Shown: positions 49,175 through 61,399, counted from the first letter of the stretch. The stretch is 64,000 nucleotides of DNA from Desulfatiglandales bacterium (GCA_963667015.2 CAXXJJ010000004.1:3936001-4000000), one strand, 5' to 3'. The notes: a model not told the origin generated them from the sequence alone. Translations and numbers: made by a program.

Positions 49175-49579
49175 TTATACCTCCTTAATCAATTTTACGG
49201 CCTTCTGAACCATATGGGGAAGTGGCTCTCCCGTAGTACCCACAATATCAACATTTTCCTGGGTCAGGGGAATTAAAATTTTCCGGGCAGGGCATGAGCT
49301 GACGGCCTCCGTCATCCCAGCGGTTACCTCTCCCATCATGGCATTTGCCATTATTATTGCTATTGGGCCTATTATTACATCAACATTCATGCTGGTTCTT
49401 ATGATGGCATTTTCTCCTGTAGCCCCTCTGTTTGCTCCGGATTTCATCATCTTTGAGGTAGCAATCGAATTCGTGCCAAGTGCATATATTTCAAGATCAT
49501 TACCATAGTATTCTCTCAGTCCCTTGATTATTGCAGCCCCTATACCGCCCCCCTGACCATCCATTACCATTATAATCAC
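49175..49579 (-). CDS. DUF3842 family protein
   Basis: DGQGGGIG, GTNS.AT, ATGENA. Confidence 0.88.
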   Translation of the reverse strand: MIIMVMDGQGGGIGAAIIKGLREYYGNDLEIYALGTNSIATSKMMKSGANRGATGENAIIRTSMNVDVIIGPIAIIMANAMMGEVTAGMTEAVSSCPARKILIPLTQENVDIVGTTGEPLPHMVQKAVKLIKEV

Positions 49580-49679
49580 ATCAATACCTCAATTGATAAA
49601 AGCATTGCATTAAATGCTCAAACTTTATATAAAATGACCTGCACTCCTGATAAATTATTTAACTCAGAGAGAAATTTTA

Positions 49680-50324
49680 ATGTTTATTCTCCGGATATTA
49701 TTCATATTTCTGACCTATATTGCCGGATCCATTCCATTTGGGTCGATAATAAGCCGAAAAACAGCCGGAATTGATATCACCCACAAAGGAAGCGGCAATA
49801 TCGGAGCAACAAATGTCGCCCGTGAAATCGGAATAAAATGGGGACTACTAACGCTCCTTCTTGATCTTTTAAAAGGTTTCTTTCCCGTATTCATTGCAAG
49901 AAATTATATTTCTGATGTTGAAGGGTTATTTTTAATATCAACCTCCCTTGCAGTTCTGCTCGGACACCGGTTTTCACTCTTCTTAAAGTTCAGAGGTGGA
50001 AAAGGTGTTGCTACGGCCGTTGGTATATTCCTGGCCCTTTCACCCCTCTCGACCTTGATCTCACTCTGCGCCTTTGTTGCAGCCGTATACTTTTTTGACT
50101 ATATTTCCCTTGGTTCAATCATCGCGGCATGTATAATGCCTTTAACCCTAAGCATACTGAATAAACCCGCCGCCCTGATAATAACGGCTTTTTTTACTGC
50201 CGTTTTAATATTGATTACCCACAGCGGTAATATAACCCGGATTATCAAGGGAGAGGAGCGAAAATGGAAAAAGGGAAATCATGACAGTACGTCGAGTAAT
50301 CGCTCCAATTCTTCATTGGAATAA
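49680..50324 (+). CDS. plsY: Glycerol-3-phosphate acyltransferase
   Basis: GSIPFG, GSGNIGATN, FRGGKGVAT, H..NI.R. Confidence 0.96.
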   Translation: MFILRILFIFLTYIAGSIPFGSIISRKTAGIDITHKGSGNIGATNVAREIGIKWGLLTLLLDLLKGFFPVFIARNYISDVEGLFLISTSLAVLLGHRFSLFLKFRGGKGVATAVGIFLALSPLSTLISLCAFVAAVYFFDYISLGSIIAACIMPLTLSILNKPAALIITAFFTAVLILITHSGNITRIIKGEERKWKKGNHDSTSSNRSNSSLE

Positions 50325-51124
50325 AAAAATATATTTATCTGCCCCTTTTTACCACTTCTTTTTATCTCTACCTTTGTGCCCAGAGATTTTTTCAATCCGT
50401 CAGCCAGAGAATCAATATAATACTCTTCTTCACTTTTTTCCTTTTTAGTGGAGGTCTTTGATTCATCCTTCTTTATAAGGCTTTCCGTCTGCCTTACCGA
50501 TAATTGCTTCTTTACTATTATATCTCTGAACCGCTTCTGCTCACCAGGACTTTTTAATCCGGCAAGAACCCTGGCATGTCCCATTGAGAGGGTTTTATCT
50601 ATTATATCCTTTTGAATACTTAAAGGCAGGTTTAAAAGTCTTAAAAGATTGGTTATAGTTGACCGTTCTTTTCCAACCCTCTGGGCAAGTATTTCCTGTG
50701 TTGTATTGGAATCATCAAGCCATCTCTTATAGGCCTGGGCCTCCTCTATTGGATTCAGATCTCTTCGGTGGATATTTTCTATCAGAGCAAGTTCAAGAGA
50801 TTCTATAGGAGTTGTTTCTTTAACAACAACAGGGACTCTCTCAAGCCCGGCCCTCTGGGCCGCCCTCCATCGTCTTTCTCCTGCAATAAGCTGATATCCG
50901 TCCTTTACCTTGCTCACAAGGATGGGAGTAATAATACCCTTTTCTCTTATTGACCCGACCAGTTCTTCTATTGCCGCTTCCTCAAACTCCTGCCTTGGCT
51001 GCATTGGATTCGGCTCAATAGACTCAATAGGACATTGGAAATATTCTTCTGTTTTTATTTCTTCTTTTTCTGCATCCGGTATAAGCGCGGACAGGCCTTT
51101 GCCCAATGCCTTTCTTTTAACCAT
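50279..51124 (-). CDS. parB: Chromosome partitioning protein ParB
   Basis: LGKGL, QPR, IAGERRWRA, ALIEN. Confidence 0.96.
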   Translation of the reverse strand: MVKRKALGKGLSALIPDAEKEEIKTEEYFQCPIESIEPNPMQPRQEFEEAAIEELVGSIREKGIITPILVSKVKDGYQLIAGERRWRAAQRAGLERVPVVVKETTPIESLELALIENIHRRDLNPIEEAQAYKRWLDDSNTTQEILAQRVGKERSTITNLLRLLNLPLSIQKDIIDKTLSMGHARVLAGLKSPGEQKRFRDIIVKKQLSVRQTESLIKKDESKTSTKKEKSEEEYYIDSLADGLKKSLGTKVEIKRSGKKGQINIFFYSNEELERLLDVLS

Positions 51125-51890
51125 TTTTTATTCTCCGTTTAATAACTTCCTTTGCAAGATTATAGTAACTGGCGGCGCCTTTTGAACGAATATCATAAAG
51201 AATAATGGGTTTACCATAACTGGGAGCCTCACTGAGCCTTACATTCCTTGGAATCACGGTATCGAATACAGTCCCCTGAAAATGCTGCCTCACTTCTTCC
51301 TCAACCTGGGCGGAAAGATTATTTCTTGCATCATACATTGTTAACAGGATACCTACAATCTTAAGCTCAGGATTAAGACTCTTTTTAACCGCCTTTAAGG
51401 TATCAAGCAGCTGGCTTAATCCTTCAAGGGCAAAATATTCACATTGCAATGGGACAAGGACATAATTAGAAGCCGTTATAGCATTAAGAGTAAGAAACCC
51501 AAGAGATGGAGGGCAATCAATAATAATAAAATCATATTTATCCTTAATTTCATCAAGCCTGTTTTTAAGCAGGTATTCTCTGTTTTCCTCAAGATACATC
51601 TCGACTTCAGCACCAACAAGCTCCCTGGTAGCCCCCATAAGGAACAGACCAGGCATTTCTGTTTCTACCGATGCAATATCAATCGATTCAGATCCAAGCA
51701 TGAAATCATAGAGGCCCGCCTTAAGACCTGATTTGCTGAAACCAAGCCCTGTTGTAGCGTTTCCCTGTGGATCTGTGTCTATTATAAGAACTCTTTGTCC
51801 AGCCTTTGCAATAGAAGCGGATAAATTTACAGCAGTTGTTGTTTTTCCAACACCACCCTTTTGATTTGAAATTGTGATAATACTCCCCAT
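51117..51890 (-). CDS. parA: Chromosome partitioning ATPase ParA/Soj
   Basis: NQKGGVGKTT, D.DPQGN, DCPPSLG, RLSEAPS. Confidence 0.97.
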   Translation of the reverse strand: MGSIITISNQKGGVGKTTTAVNLSASIAKAGQRVLIIDTDPQGNATTGLGFSKSGLKAGLYDFMLGSESIDIASVETEMPGLFLMGATRELVGAEVEMYLEENREYLLKNRLDEIKDKYDFIIIDCPPSLGFLTLNAITASNYVLVPLQCEYFALEGLSQLLDTLKAVKKSLNPELKIVGILLTMYDARNNLSAQVEEEVRQHFQGTVFDTVIPRNVRLSEAPSYGKPIILYDIRSKGAASYYNLAKEVIKRRIKNG

Positions 51891-52177
51891 AAACTGTTAT
51901 TCCCCCTGAATAGCGATTATATCTCTAAAATACTGCATTAAAATATCAACTTAATGATAATAATTGAGCGATCCCTGTCTCTAAATAAAAGGATTGCCGG
52001 CATTCTGTTATGGCAGGAAATATTTCTATAATATTCATAATCCAGATAATCGGAATGATGTTGTGCAATATGAAAGATATGCAGATAGCACAACGAACCT
52101 GTTTTGTATAGATTTTTTTCTTTAGCCTTACAAATAATCAGATATATATCTTCATCCCAGGAATGACTGCATGACAA

Positions 52178-52193
52178 TGTTCCACGTGAAACA
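52178..52193. promoter_or_regulatory. parS site
   Basis: TGTTCCACGTGAAACA matches the parS consensus. Confidence 0.92.
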
Positions 52194-52224
52194 TTCAAAA
52201 TTTTTTTTGGAAGGAAAATAATAA

Positions 52225-52240
52225 TGTTTCACGTGGAACA
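52225..52240. promoter_or_regulatory. parS site
   Basis: TGTTTCACGTGGAACA. Confidence 0.92.
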
Positions 52241-53429
52241 TGCGTTAAATATACACACAGGGAAAATATTCATCCCTTTAGATCATTTTCATAAAAACAG
52301 AAATTTATCATTAGGTAAAACCATAATACATGGATTTCCTATTATTAAATTGTACAACCACCTTTACGACTGCATATCTCTTTTTGTTTTTTAAAATATC
52401 TGTAATATATTTTCTATTTTTTATAAATTTTAAAAAAGCAAGCAAAATATTACTTTTCTGAAAATAAAATTGCCCCAGAAAGTCGATAATCACGATATTT
52501 GGCGTTTTTTATGCTTGTGAACTTTTTCATATGTAATACACAAATTCAAAACCCAACATCTTGTGATATCAGTTTTCAAATAAGAAGATATTGCTTTTTT
52601 CAATATACCTTCGTGTGAAAATAAGAATCCCCTGAAATAATTATTTTTTGTATCGCTCCCCTTTGGTAACCCTTAAACCAGACGAGTCCCTACAAGAACG
52701 TAAAATATCCACAACATTCCATTGCTCAATAGCCTTACACAGAATTACCTTTGTAAGCACTGATCCAGCACAACAATTTGTTATATAGCTGTTTTTTTAC
52801 GGTTTTTCATTTTTATAAAAAAAGATTGATGGAAAACATAAGCATAATAAAATCCTATTATCATTTAATAAAGCCTAATGAGATTTAATTTTTTTCACAT
52901 TATAAAGTCATAATAAAATATTTTTTTCTTTTTTCTTTTTCAAAAACCAGAAGATAAAAAACTTCCTGTTTAACAAAAACTGTAACCCATTGACATATAG
53001 ATGAATATTTAACCTGGCCACAATATATTAAATAAATTCGCATCACCCTTAAAACTTTATATCTATTTTTTTTCTTAATATTGGAGTTATTGGTTGTTTT
53101 TTAGAGCTTTTTAGAGTTTTTATTAGTTTCCATGTTGTTGATTATTTTATTAACATTAATCTAATTTAAGGGAAGTTTCTGAATTCAATAAAAAAAACCC
53201 TGTTTACCATATATCCAGAGCAGGACCTGCTTTACAGGCCATAATATTTTTTTATCCATTTATTCAGGCGGTTACATTTTGTCAAAAGTGATTCTGGTAA
53301 CAGACCAATCTCCCATGACATTCCTTTTGACAGTTTTCTCTGTTTATACGATAAATGCCCCCTGTCTTGATCATCACGTCTACTTTTTTAGCAGATTAAA
53401 TATAAAGTATCTTTTTTTTGGAGCTGAGC

Positions 53430-54776
53430 ATGAGTTTGTTGTGGGATGAATTGAAGAAACATATTAGAGATCAACTTTCTGAAAAAAGCTATTCCCTCTG
53501 GATCAATCCTTTATCTTTAGTTGATGAAAAGGAAGATACCCTGGTTCTTGGGTGTCCCAATAAGTTTTCCATGAACTGGATAGTTGATCATTACCGCGAC
53601 ATGCTGGAAAGCAGCCTTAAAAACATGGGCAAAGAACACCAGGTATTTTTTAAAGTCGCTACCCAGGCAAGGAAAAAGATAGAACCCGACATGTTCCAAA
53701 GCACCCCACAGTTAAACCTCCCTAATGTTTCTCCAAGAAAACCCAAAGGCAAATTTAATTTTAACAGGGAGTTTACCTTTGACCGCTTTGTCGTTGGCTC
53801 ATGTAATGAATTTGCCTATTCCGCTTCAAGGGCGATTGCCTCAGGAGGCGGATGTTCCTATGACTCTCTTTTTATGAGGGCTAATACCGGTCTTGGCAAG
53901 AGTCACCTTTCACAGTCTATTGGACATATGCTTCTTGAAAACAATCCTGATGTCAGGGCTTACTACATCACTGCAGAAGATTTTGTTAATGAAATGATTT
54001 CAGCATTGAAGACAAACAGAATTGAGGACTTTAAAAATAAGTACAGGCGTTCATGTGATGTCCTTATGCTTGAGGAGATTCACTTTTTAAGCGGTAAGGA
54101 GAAAATACAGACAGAGCTCGGCTATACCCTTGATGCCCTGGCAAATGATAATAAAAAGCTGATTTTTACCAGCTCCATGCTGCCCAAGGATATACCAAAC
54201 ATGTCAAAGGAGTTGTCATCAAGACTTACGTCCGGTCTTATCACGACCCTTGAAAAACCTGACTATAATACCCGTTTAAATATAATAGAAAAAAAGGCAT
54301 CTGAACATAATCTGGTGCTTACTGAAGAGATCGTTCATCTTTTTGCCGAAAAACTTACCAAAGACATCAGGCAGATAGAGAGTGCGTTACGATGCTTCAA
54401 GGCAAAGGCGGATTTAATGAAGGCAAAAACAGATATAAATCTTGCCAAAGAAGTTCTGAAATATCATATAACCGATCCAAGCACTATCTCCCTGGACAGC
54501 ATTGGGAAGCTGATCTGTAAATACTACAAAATAGAGTCATCTGTGCTTCCATCCAAGTCCAGAAAAAAAATACATACATTTCCAAGAAACATGTATGTAT
54601 ACCTTTCCCGTAACTATTCTGATGCAACTCTTGAAGAAATCGGAAAATCCATAAACAGAAACCACTCTACGGTTATTTACTCATCAGAGGTTATTGAGAA
54701 AAAAATAAAACAGGATAAAAAGATTAAAAACCAGGTGGATTTCTTAAGCCAGAAGATCAAGGATACAGGATGTTGA
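53430..54776 (+). CDS. dnaA: Chromosomal replication initiator DnaA (probably a second paralogue)
   Basis: FTFDRFVVG..N, TGLGKSH, SRL..GL, RNHSTV; no dnaN downstream. Confidence 0.9.
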   Translation: MSLLWDELKKHIRDQLSEKSYSLWINPLSLVDEKEDTLVLGCPNKFSMNWIVDHYRDMLESSLKNMGKEHQVFFKVATQARKKIEPDMFQSTPQLNLPNVSPRKPKGKFNFNREFTFDRFVVGSCNEFAYSASRAIASGGGCSYDSLFMRANTGLGKSHLSQSIGHMLLENNPDVRAYYITAEDFVNEMISALKTNRIEDFKNKYRRSCDVLMLEEIHFLSGKEKIQTELGYTLDALANDNKKLIFTSSMLPKDIPNMSKELSSRLTSGLITTLEKPDYNTRLNIIEKKASEHNLVLTEEIVHLFAEKLTKDIRQIESALRCFKAKADLMKAKTDINLAKEVLKYHITDPSTISLDSIGKLICKYYKIESSVLPSKSRKKIHTFPRNMYVYLSRNYSDATLEEIGKSINRNHSTVIYSSEVIEKKIKQDKKIKNQVDFLSQKIKDTGC

Positions 54777-54861
54777 TCGTATACAAACAGACATCCTACC
54801 CCGCCGACAATGCAGTAATCCTTAAGCCTGTAATTTTAACAACGGTTTTCCTCAAAAAAAC

Positions 54862-55065
54862 CTACCCTTTGCCGGTCGTATCTTTCGAATAAAAAACCCT
54901 TAAAAATTCCTCATCCTTTGGTGACAAATTATATCTGGCTGCTGCCTCGCATATCAGCAGTCCTATTTTTTTTCTGTCCTGACCCTCTTTGCATTCACCC
55001 GATATCCATTTTACAGCATTACGAACCGCTTCACCTTCAGGCATTATCTGAGCCACTTTTTTCAC
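54862..55065 (-). CDS. Small conserved-looking hypothetical protein
   Basis: PEGEAVRNAVKWIS...YNLSPKDEEFL; SD GGAGG; start uncertain. Confidence 0.7.
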   Translation of the reverse strand: MKKVAQIMPEGEAVRNAVKWISGECKEGQDRKKIGLLICEAAARYNLSPKDEEFLRVFYSKDTTGKG

Positions 55066-55246
55066 CTCCTTGATTTTATATTAATATTCAACAGCTTCTT
55101 TAATGTGTCAACATCCAGTTTCGCGTCATTTAAAAAAAAGTCAAAATCATCAAACAGAAAATCTAACCCGGGAAGAACAAAATTCTAATACGTGTCTAAT
55201 ATTTACGATCTATTATATTCATACATAATAAAGGAAAAACGTTAAT

Positions 55247-55780
55247 ATGAGTATTATTCAGAATGTAAACCATATTGATACTGTCTATTTAAACAAAATT
55301 TTTAATCTTGATGGAAAAAGATTTTTTGCCACGATTTTGCCCATAATATCCCACAGTGCCAACGGGTATTATTATCCCTTAATTCCTACTGTTTTAATCT
55401 TCATTGATCCTGCATTGGCTATTTCATTTTTTATCTCTGCATTGATTGCCTTTTCTATAGAACTTCCCTCATACAAGATTATTAAACGATGTGTAAAGAG
55501 ATATAGACCCTATGAAACTCATGAAGGGATAAAAAACAGAATCCTGCCCAGCGACCGGTTCAGCCTGCCTTCCGGTCACACTGCAGCAGCATGGGTAGTT
55601 GCAATACTTCTAGGCCTGCATATTCCATTTTTAGCTGTTCCCCTGGCGGCCTGGGCAATTCTGGTAGGGGTTTCCAGAATTTATCTTGGGGTTCATTATC
55701 CCACCGATGTTCTTGCGGGATTTATACTCGGTTCCGTCAGCGCATCATTATCATTATTGTTAAAGGGTGCGTTTATTTAG
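55247..55780 (+). CDS. PAP2 family phosphatase
   Basis: [21 protein letters not shown]. Confidence 0.93.
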   Translation: MSIIQNVNHIDTVYLNKIFNLDGKRFFATILPIISHSANGYYYPLIPTVLIFIDPALAISFFISALIAFSIELPSYKIIKRCVKRYRPYETHEGIKNRILPSDRFSLPSGHTAAAWVVAILLGLHIPFLAVPLAAWAILVGVSRIYLGVHYPTDVLAGFILGSVSASLSLLLKGAFI

Positions 55781-56815
55781 ATGAATATATTATACGGCGT
55801 ACAGACAACAGGCAACGGTCACATCAGCCGCTCCAGGGAAATCATACGCTGCCTTAAAGAAAAGGGAAATAATGTATTTGTAATTCTAAGCGGAAGAGAC
55901 CCGTCTTTACTATGGGACATTGATGAACTGAAACCCTATGAAACTTTAAAGGGTCTCACCTTTTCCACATATAAAGGCAGGATCAAATATTTTGAGACAA
56001 TATTTAACCTTAAATTCAAACAGTTTTTTTCAGATATCGCATCATTCGATGCTTCAGAATATGACATTGTCATTACGGATTTTGAACCGGTAACATCCAG
56101 AATAGCCGCAAGAAATAAAATTCCTTCAATCGGTATCGGTCATCAGTATGCCTTTTATAACAATATTCCCACAGAAGGTGCGAATCCTGTTGCCCGATTT
56201 ATTATCAGGAACTTTGCCTCGGTGGATTTCCCGATTGGTCTTCACTGGCACCATTTTAATCAACCCATACTTCCACCTGTTGTACCTATGTTTGATACAG
56301 GCCGTCTATCAGTGAAGGACAATAAAATTCTTGTATACCTTCCTTTTGAAGAACCGGAAGATATCATGAGGCTTTTAGCTCCATTTAATAATTATGAGTT
56401 TTTCGTCTATCATAAATTTGAAAACCCATCTACCAAAGGAAATATCCATCTTTGTCCTTTTTCCAGAAAAGGTTTCCTAAATGACCTCAAAGAATGCAGC
56501 GGTGTTGTAACCAATGCAGGTTTTGAACTGGTAAGTGAGGCACTGGCCATTGGAAAAAAGATTTTGCTAAAGCCGCTTTCAGGCCAGATGGAGCAGCTTT
56601 CAAATGCCAGGGCCATTAAAATGCTTAATCTCGGATCAGTAATGAAAAAACTCGATATATCCAGCCTGGAAGGTTTTCTTATGAAATCCCCTGCATCACA
56701 AATCAGATACCCATATGTCGCACAAATAATAGCTGATGCAGTCAGCAACGGGGACTGGGGCAATATGGAAAAAACTATCAGCAGTTCCTGGGCGGATGTA
56801 AATATTACCTACTGA
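55781..56815 (+). CDS. MJ1255/VC2487-type glycosyltransferase
   Basis: ILYGVQ.TGNGHISR, ITDFEP, NAGFEL.SEAL, GQMEQ.SNA. Confidence 0.9.
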   Translation: MNILYGVQTTGNGHISRSREIIRCLKEKGNNVFVILSGRDPSLLWDIDELKPYETLKGLTFSTYKGRIKYFETIFNLKFKQFFSDIASFDASEYDIVITDFEPVTSRIAARNKIPSIGIGHQYAFYNNIPTEGANPVARFIIRNFASVDFPIGLHWHHFNQPILPPVVPMFDTGRLSVKDNKILVYLPFEEPEDIMRLLAPFNNYEFFVYHKFENPSTKGNIHLCPFSRKGFLNDLKECSGVVTNAGFELVSEALAIGKKILLKPLSGQMEQLSNARAIKMLNLGSVMKKLDISSLEGFLMKSPASQIRYPYVAQIIADAVSNGDWGNMEKTISSSWADVNITY

Positions 56816-56930
56816 TTAGAATCCATGTAATATTTCCAGTTATCGAGGCAGGCTGATTCAAAGGACCTGTTTTCAACATAAGCCCTTGCATTCCGTCTCA
56901 TAACCTTCATGAGGTTATAATCCCTGCTTA

Positions 56931-58840
56931 GGGATGACTCAAAAATAAATTAACAGATTAAAGATGAACTATACCATAAAGCTTGAAAGCGTCTGACATG
57001 GCGATAGATATATTACATTGTAATATTAGCAGGTTAAATATTGACAGGATTGAAAATAATTTGATATAGTTCCCCCTATTATCAATTTAATAGGGGGAAC
57101 TATATCAAATGTACGCTCAAAAACCTCGGTTAAACGAAGCCTTGGAATTCTTTAAAAGCAATAAAATCGGAAGGTTAGACAATCTAAAACATGCACTTCA
57201 TACCAATAGTACAATGACTGTTTTTCGATCACTCAAAGAGCTTAACTATCTTTCAAGTTATTCTCACAGGGGAAAGTACTACACCTTGCAGAACATTCCA
57301 AAATTTGATGAACTTGGTTTATGGTCCTTTCAATCGGTGTGGTTTTCCCAATATGGCAATCTCGTTGAAACGGCAAAAGAGTTTGTGGAAAACTCAAACG
57401 CCGGCTATACAACTCACGAACTTGAAGATATCCTTCATGTTGAAACCAAACACCCCCTTCTGAGTCTTTATAAGCAAGGACGAATCAACCGAGAGAAATT
57501 CGGGGGATACTATGTGTATCTTTCCAGTGAAGTGCATGATAAAAAAAGGCAGATTGCAGTTCGTAAAACAGGCGCTGAAAAATTTGAGGTTGACCTCTCA
57601 TATGAAATTAAACTGCTCTCTGAGGAGCTGAAAGCAGCGATAATATTGTTTTTCAGTCTATTAGATGAAAAGCAGCGACGACTGTATGCTGGTTTGGAAT
57701 CCTATAAATTGGGACATGGCGGAGATAACCAAATCGCAAAATTATTGGGATTGGATGTTCATACTGTTTCCAAAGGGCGTAGAGAATTATTCAGCCAGGA
57801 TATAAAAGTCGATCGTATCCGCGAGAAAGGAGCCGGCAGAAAACCTGTGGAAAAAAAATTCCGCAGGTCACCGAAAGGATAAGAAAGCTTTTGAAATACG
57901 AAACAGCAGGCCATCCAATAAGCGGACTGAAGTGGACACGAAAAACCACGGAAAAAATATCCAGTGAACTGGAGTCTATTGGAATTATTGTTTCCGCAAA
58001 TACAGTATGCAGGCTTTTAAAACAAATGGGCTTTTCCTTGAAAGTGAATTGTAAAAAAATAGAATCCGGGATAAGCAATCCGCCGGACCCGAAAAAAAGA
58101 GACCAGCAATTTGGCTATATTGCCGATTTACGCGAAAAATTTACGAAACGACAACTTCCTGTTATCAGTGTTGATACCAAGAAAAAAGAGTTGATTGGGA
58201 ACTTTAAAAACTGGGGAGATTCCTGGCAGGAATCTCCCATTGAAGTTAAAGATCATGACTTCCCTAGTGATGCCAAAGGGAAAGCTATTCCATACGGTAT
58301 CTATGATACACAAAAAAATATCGGTACAGTTTTTCTGGGTGTTACACGGGATACGCCCTCTTTTGCTGTTGATTCCATTGAGACCTGGTGGAAGACCGAA
58401 GGGAAAGCCAATTATCCGGATGTCAAAGAGCTGCTTATACTGGCTGATTCGGGCGGTAGCAACAGCTGCCGATCACGGGTGTGGAAATATAAAATCCAAA
58501 AAAATATTTGTAACCGGTATGGATTATCCATCAGAGTCAGCCACTATCCTCCCGGTTCGTCAAAATGGAACCCTATCGAACATAGACTGTTTTCAGAGGT
58601 CAGCAAAAACTGGGCTGGACGTCCGCTTGATTCGTATGAGACTGTGCTAAAATATATCCGTACTACAAAAACATCTACAGGCCTCAAGGTGAAAGCACAT
58701 TTTGTCAGAAAAAATTATAAAACAGGAGAGAAAGTTTCTAACAAACAAATGGATCAAATAGCCATCAAAAATGGCCTATTACCTGAGTGGAATTATATTT
58801 TACATCCAACTAAAATGTGATTTTATTTTTGAGTCATCCC
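56931..58840 (+). mobile_element. ISAzo13-family insertion sequence, complete
   Basis: 19-bp perfect TIR GGGATGACTCAAAAATAAA; 3-bp target duplication TTA (56928-56930 and 58841-58843). Confidence 0.93.
57109..58820 (+). CDS. ISAzo13-family DDE transposase in two frames joined by -1 frameshift at an A8 run (57851-57858)
   Basis: ORF1 has LDEKQRRLYAG; ORF2 (-1 frame) has ISVDTKKKE, ADSGGSN and SKWNPIEHRLF. Confidence 0.88.
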
Positions 58841-61344
58841 TTAGTTCCTGAATCTCTGATACCACATTTTGCAAATCCTTTGTATTAAAAACAATTCCCG
58901 TCTGCCGCGGCAGCATGTTTTCCTTTGGTCCCCCAATATCTGTTACAAAAACAGGAAGGCCTGATGCCTGAGCCTCAAGTACGGCAGTTCCAAAAGTATC
59001 GGTCTCTGATGGAAAAATAAAGAGATCGCTTGAGGCATAGGCCTGTGAAAGATCTTCACCTTTTAAGTATCCTGTAAATGTTACAGGATAACCAAGGAGA
59101 GATGTTTTCATTTCCTTTAAAAACGGCCCTTCTCCAACAATGACCAGGTGATAGTTTCCACCCTTCTTTATCAGCTCCTTAAATATTGATACAAGAAGGT
59201 CAATATTTTTTTCCTTAGATATTCTCCCAACATAGATAAGTTTAAAGGCGTTATCATTCAAATGATATTTTTTAAAAAACCCGTTTCTTTTTGCGGGATG
59301 GAATTTTTCTGTATCAATGCCCCTTGGATAGAATTCTATTTTATCTTTTTTTATGCCTTTATTCTCAAGCTCTTCACCCGTTGACTTTGATGGTACCAGC
59401 ACCTTGTCGGTTTGATTATAGTACCATACAACATATCTCCACATAAGTTCTTCGATTCCCTGATCATCCGTCAGCTTGTGAGCATATTGGGGAAATGCCG
59501 TATGATAGGTACTGTAATGGGGAATTTTCAGTATTTTTGAGATAAGCATCGCAGCCAGTCCCATAGGTCCAGGGGTTGCGCTATGGATATGTGTAAATTT
59601 CTGTTCGTAGCAGTAATCAAGCATGGTGAGTATGGGCGGATAGTACAGCTTTAATTCAGGGTATTCAGGTAATTCAAACTCACCTGTAGGTTCAAAATTT
59701 TTTACATTATCCATACCTGAATCAGGACCGCAGGTTATCATTGTAAGATTCTTACCATGGGTTTTTGCTACATTCAACTGCATGCGCAATGTTCCTGCAA
59801 CACCGTTTATTTCATTAAATGTATCTGTAAAATGGGCAATTTTACATTGATTTTCTTTGTCATGTTGATCATCAATTTTTACATGCCTCATATAATCGCG
59901 ACAAAATTTTCTGTCCTTTGTAAATATTCCATAGGAAAGAAAAAACGGAGCGAGCATTGTATATAAAGACCCTGCGGAACCTATTGTGCTGAATATATCA
60001 AAGAGGTTTGCGCCAGAGGCATTTTCCAGTATCGAATTCGCTGACTGTTTTAACAGTTTTTCAGATATTCCATTTACAAAATCAAACCATAGGTTATCTA
60101 TTTCATCGTCACTGCCCTCTCGTTTTTTTACAACCCTCATCATTTCCCGGTTTTTCTTTATCACCTCTCTTGCCTCGGAAAGAATCAGATCCTTAAAAGA
60201 TTCGCCTCTTGATTTATATAGATAATCAGGCCTCTGATACCCGATATATCCTCTCAGTTTTTTATATATAGATTCATTGCTGCAATCATTTGTGAGTGTC
60301 TTTTCTGCAAAACGAAGGAGCATTTCATCGTTTGAATACTTATCAAGATCAAATTTTGATTTATAGAACTGATAGGCAATACTGTATAGATTCCTGGCAA
60401 ATGTTTTTGGTGTTGAGGCACAGCTTCTTGGAATACTGCAGCCCGATTTAACCCTGGCAAGAAAATCTCTTACACCTGTAACCGATTTTACCTCTGTATA
60501 AGTCCTTGCTATATTCAAGGATGAATGATCATCAGATCCTCCAATGATACCCTTTTTCCATGGTATAAGGCCCACGGGCTTAATATCGTATTTATTGCAG
60601 AAATCATCGATTCTTTCTTTATTCAGCCCTTCAAGAATAATCCTCAGGGCGTTATTCTGATAAGCATCACGTGTTCCGTTCATTTCAAATACTGTAAAAA
60701 GCAGCAGGAGCTGCTCAAATCTTTCGAATGTAAGCCTGTCATTCAGTGAAAATGTAGGGTGCGCAAGGGCATGGGCAATAGAGGCACAATTAAGATATTC
60801 TACAAGTTCATATATATTTTCTCTGCACCTTGAAATATCTTCATGATTTTTTTCAGTTATGTCCCAGGCAAGAACATGTATCTTGCACCGGTCTTCAGGA
60901 AAATAGGTTGTAATCTCTTCACTTATAAAGGTGTTCGCAAGATGGGCTATTTCAAGACTCCCTTCAATTGTATTATGATCGGAAATCGTAACCAGGTCCA
61001 TGCCCCTTTCTACTGCCTTTTTATAGAGTTCCGTTGGCGCTGTATAACTCTCGGCACAACCCAGCTTCTGTAATATCCACTCTGACGGCCTTACCGAATA
61101 TCTGGAATGAACATGTAAATCCGCTTTTAAGGTTTTTTTAATCATTTTTTCTCCATCATAAAACTAATTTTAAACAAAATCGATATTTGTACCCATTCAA
61201 TCAACTCATGTATGGACATCGATCCGTGTTATTAAATACATGCTAATCATGTACCATAAAGATTTAATAATAATTAAATAATGAAGAGGTTTCGATTAGG
61301 TTCAGGTAATGATTTTGTGAGCACAGACGTTTAGAAAGGACATA

Positions 61345-61378
61345 AAAAAATGGTGATGGCTGCAGCAGCCATCACCAT
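61345..61378 (-). terminator. Terminator of the porin gene
   Basis: ATGGTGATGGCTG / CAGCCATCACCAT with an A run on the + strand. Confidence 0.8.
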
Positions 61379-61399
61379 ACCAATCGGGAAAAAAGAGTG

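Larger units (their letters stand above)
56809..61145 (-). pseudogene. PHP-domain plus GT4 glycosyltransferase interrupted near its 3' end by the IS
   Basis: DLHVHS, SDHN, GGSDDH; ETDTFG..VLEAQASGLP. Removing the IS and one TTA restores ...QELSRDYNLMKVMRRNARAYVENRSF...NQ* ending at 56809. Confidence 0.9.

Noticed and set aside
52240..53420. Confident oriC call
   Set aside because: No perfect TTATCCACA cluster was seen and dnaN is absent; kept only as a possibility.
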